DNA from: Squalus acanthias
Taxonomy: Eukaryota
NCBI GenBank assembly: GCA_030390025.1
Contig: CM059432.1
Coordinates: 131,566,001-131,630,000, forward strand
Direction of reading: 5' to 3'
Length of the DNA: 64,000 nt
The position numbers and the translations under genes are program-made. The first letter of the stretch is position 1, and every line of letters begins with the position of its first letter. The notes under the pieces are model-generated. The model made no database searches and was not told the origin of the DNA. It worked only from the letters and a program-made list of their open reading frames with translations. Positions 62,614 through 64,000 of this stretch are shown one piece after another.

Positions 62614-64000
62614 GATGTGTGTGAGTGCCCCTCTACATCGTAAAAGGGTTGGTGGGGTTCTTTAGTGTTGGTTGCAGTGCAGCCCACCTAGGAAAAGGTA
62701 CTCTGAAGATTAAAAACCCATGAGGAAGGTGATAAGGAACCACCTGAGCTATTCTTCCCTAGTAAGTGGCTGAACAATCTCATGTGTGTGACTTCAGTTA
62801 GGACCTACTCTAAGGCAGAACACAATGGACAGACTCACAATTAGAATTTTTTTAATTAGTTCTAAAATCCTGAAAACAGTTAAGATAAAGATTAAAATAA
62901 AAATGTACGTCTTTACAGTCTGTTAAGCATGACCTGGGTGGATTGCACAAGGGAAAATCTGGCAGAGAGGATTGCATGCTCCTTACAGAATCAATTGGAT
63001 TTTTCTTTAATTTATTTCAATGAAAGGAAATTTAGCCAGGTTCTGTTACTGGCATACAATCCTCCCCACCAGATTTCCCTTTCTGCTCTCGGCTCAAATG
63101 GTGCTTAAAGCTCAGATGGGAAAGATGAAAATCTACTCCAATATGTCAATATTGTAAAATGGTCACATTTAAACCAATAAGCTTTTTATTAGCGTGTTAT
63201 TCTATAATCTATTTCACTTTCTGATATGTTAACATGCAATCCATTTTTGTAAACATAACTTAAAAAAAACACTTCCCAGTATTCATTACTCATTTTCATT
63301 GAAGTTATTTTGTTCTATAAAATCACATGTAAATGTATGATATTGTAGCCCATATACACAGTGCAAAATAATCACCCTGTTCTCACTTTTGTAAATGCCA
63401 CTCTGTTAATTGTTCATCAAAATGTGTCTTAACACCTTATTGTTTATTATTGGCATCTTTGGCAAAAAAGGTCAATTTTAAATAATTTCATTCATTTTAT
63501 GGTAACTATAAACATATTTTAGTCCACTTTTGTTCACAGTACTTATCGTCTAAATTATACATTTTGTACTACAGTGTACTTACATGAATTTCTCTTAATG
63601 GATATGTCCGAGCTAAGTGTGTAGAAAGACGCTGTACAGTTAGGAGGGATGCACTGTATGTAGGTTAATTTTTCAAACTACATCACCCTAAACAACCACA
63701 GACTCCTTGATCTGCATTACTTTTTTGTAATGCACCATTGTGTCCCAGAAAGTGTTATCTATGAAGTAATTTGTTTAATCTCTGTCGCTAAAGTGTGTGA
63801 CTAGGAAAGTCTGGACCTTGTATTTTAATAATTGCATTGATTTAAATACTATCATTTCAAAATACAATTTAACGACTTACAGTTGAAGAAAGGGACAAAT
63901 GTCACCTTCAATAAATCTTTCTAAACATTGACTTGGTGGAACGATCCATTTTCGTACTGCATTTAAGTTAAATTCACATATTCTGGGCATTCTTTAAACG

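Noticed and set aside
62620..64000. Exons of the next gene (SNRNP48 follows DSP in human, from recall)
   Set aside because: No recognisable coding exon or CpG island in this AT-rich stretch.

Overview
Vertebrate genomic DNA, most likely a cartilaginous fish (shark), inferred from HE1-like and Deu-domain (SacSINE1-like) SINEs and abundant CR1, L2 and Penelope elements. Most of the window (88..56287, + strand) is the 3' part of a desmoplakin (DSP) gene. I can delimit 21 phase-consistent GT-AG exons (equivalent to human exons 4-24), giving 2565 sense codons plus the stop. They encode the plakin/spectrin-SH3 head, the coiled-coil rod and plakin repeat domains A-B-C with the GSRS tail, followed by an AATAAA at 56910. 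The introns hold nested retro- and DNA-transposon remnants. The most notable observation lies just downstream of DSP. A ~1.8 kb non-autonomous DNA transposon (57647..59455) with terminal inverted repeats and a ~6 bp target-site duplication splits an older LINE. It carries a decayed histone H2A gene and the first coding exon plus splice donor of an SLC22A15-like transporter, so it looks like a Pack-type gene-capturing element. All identifications are by eye and from recall of known sequences; no searches were run.
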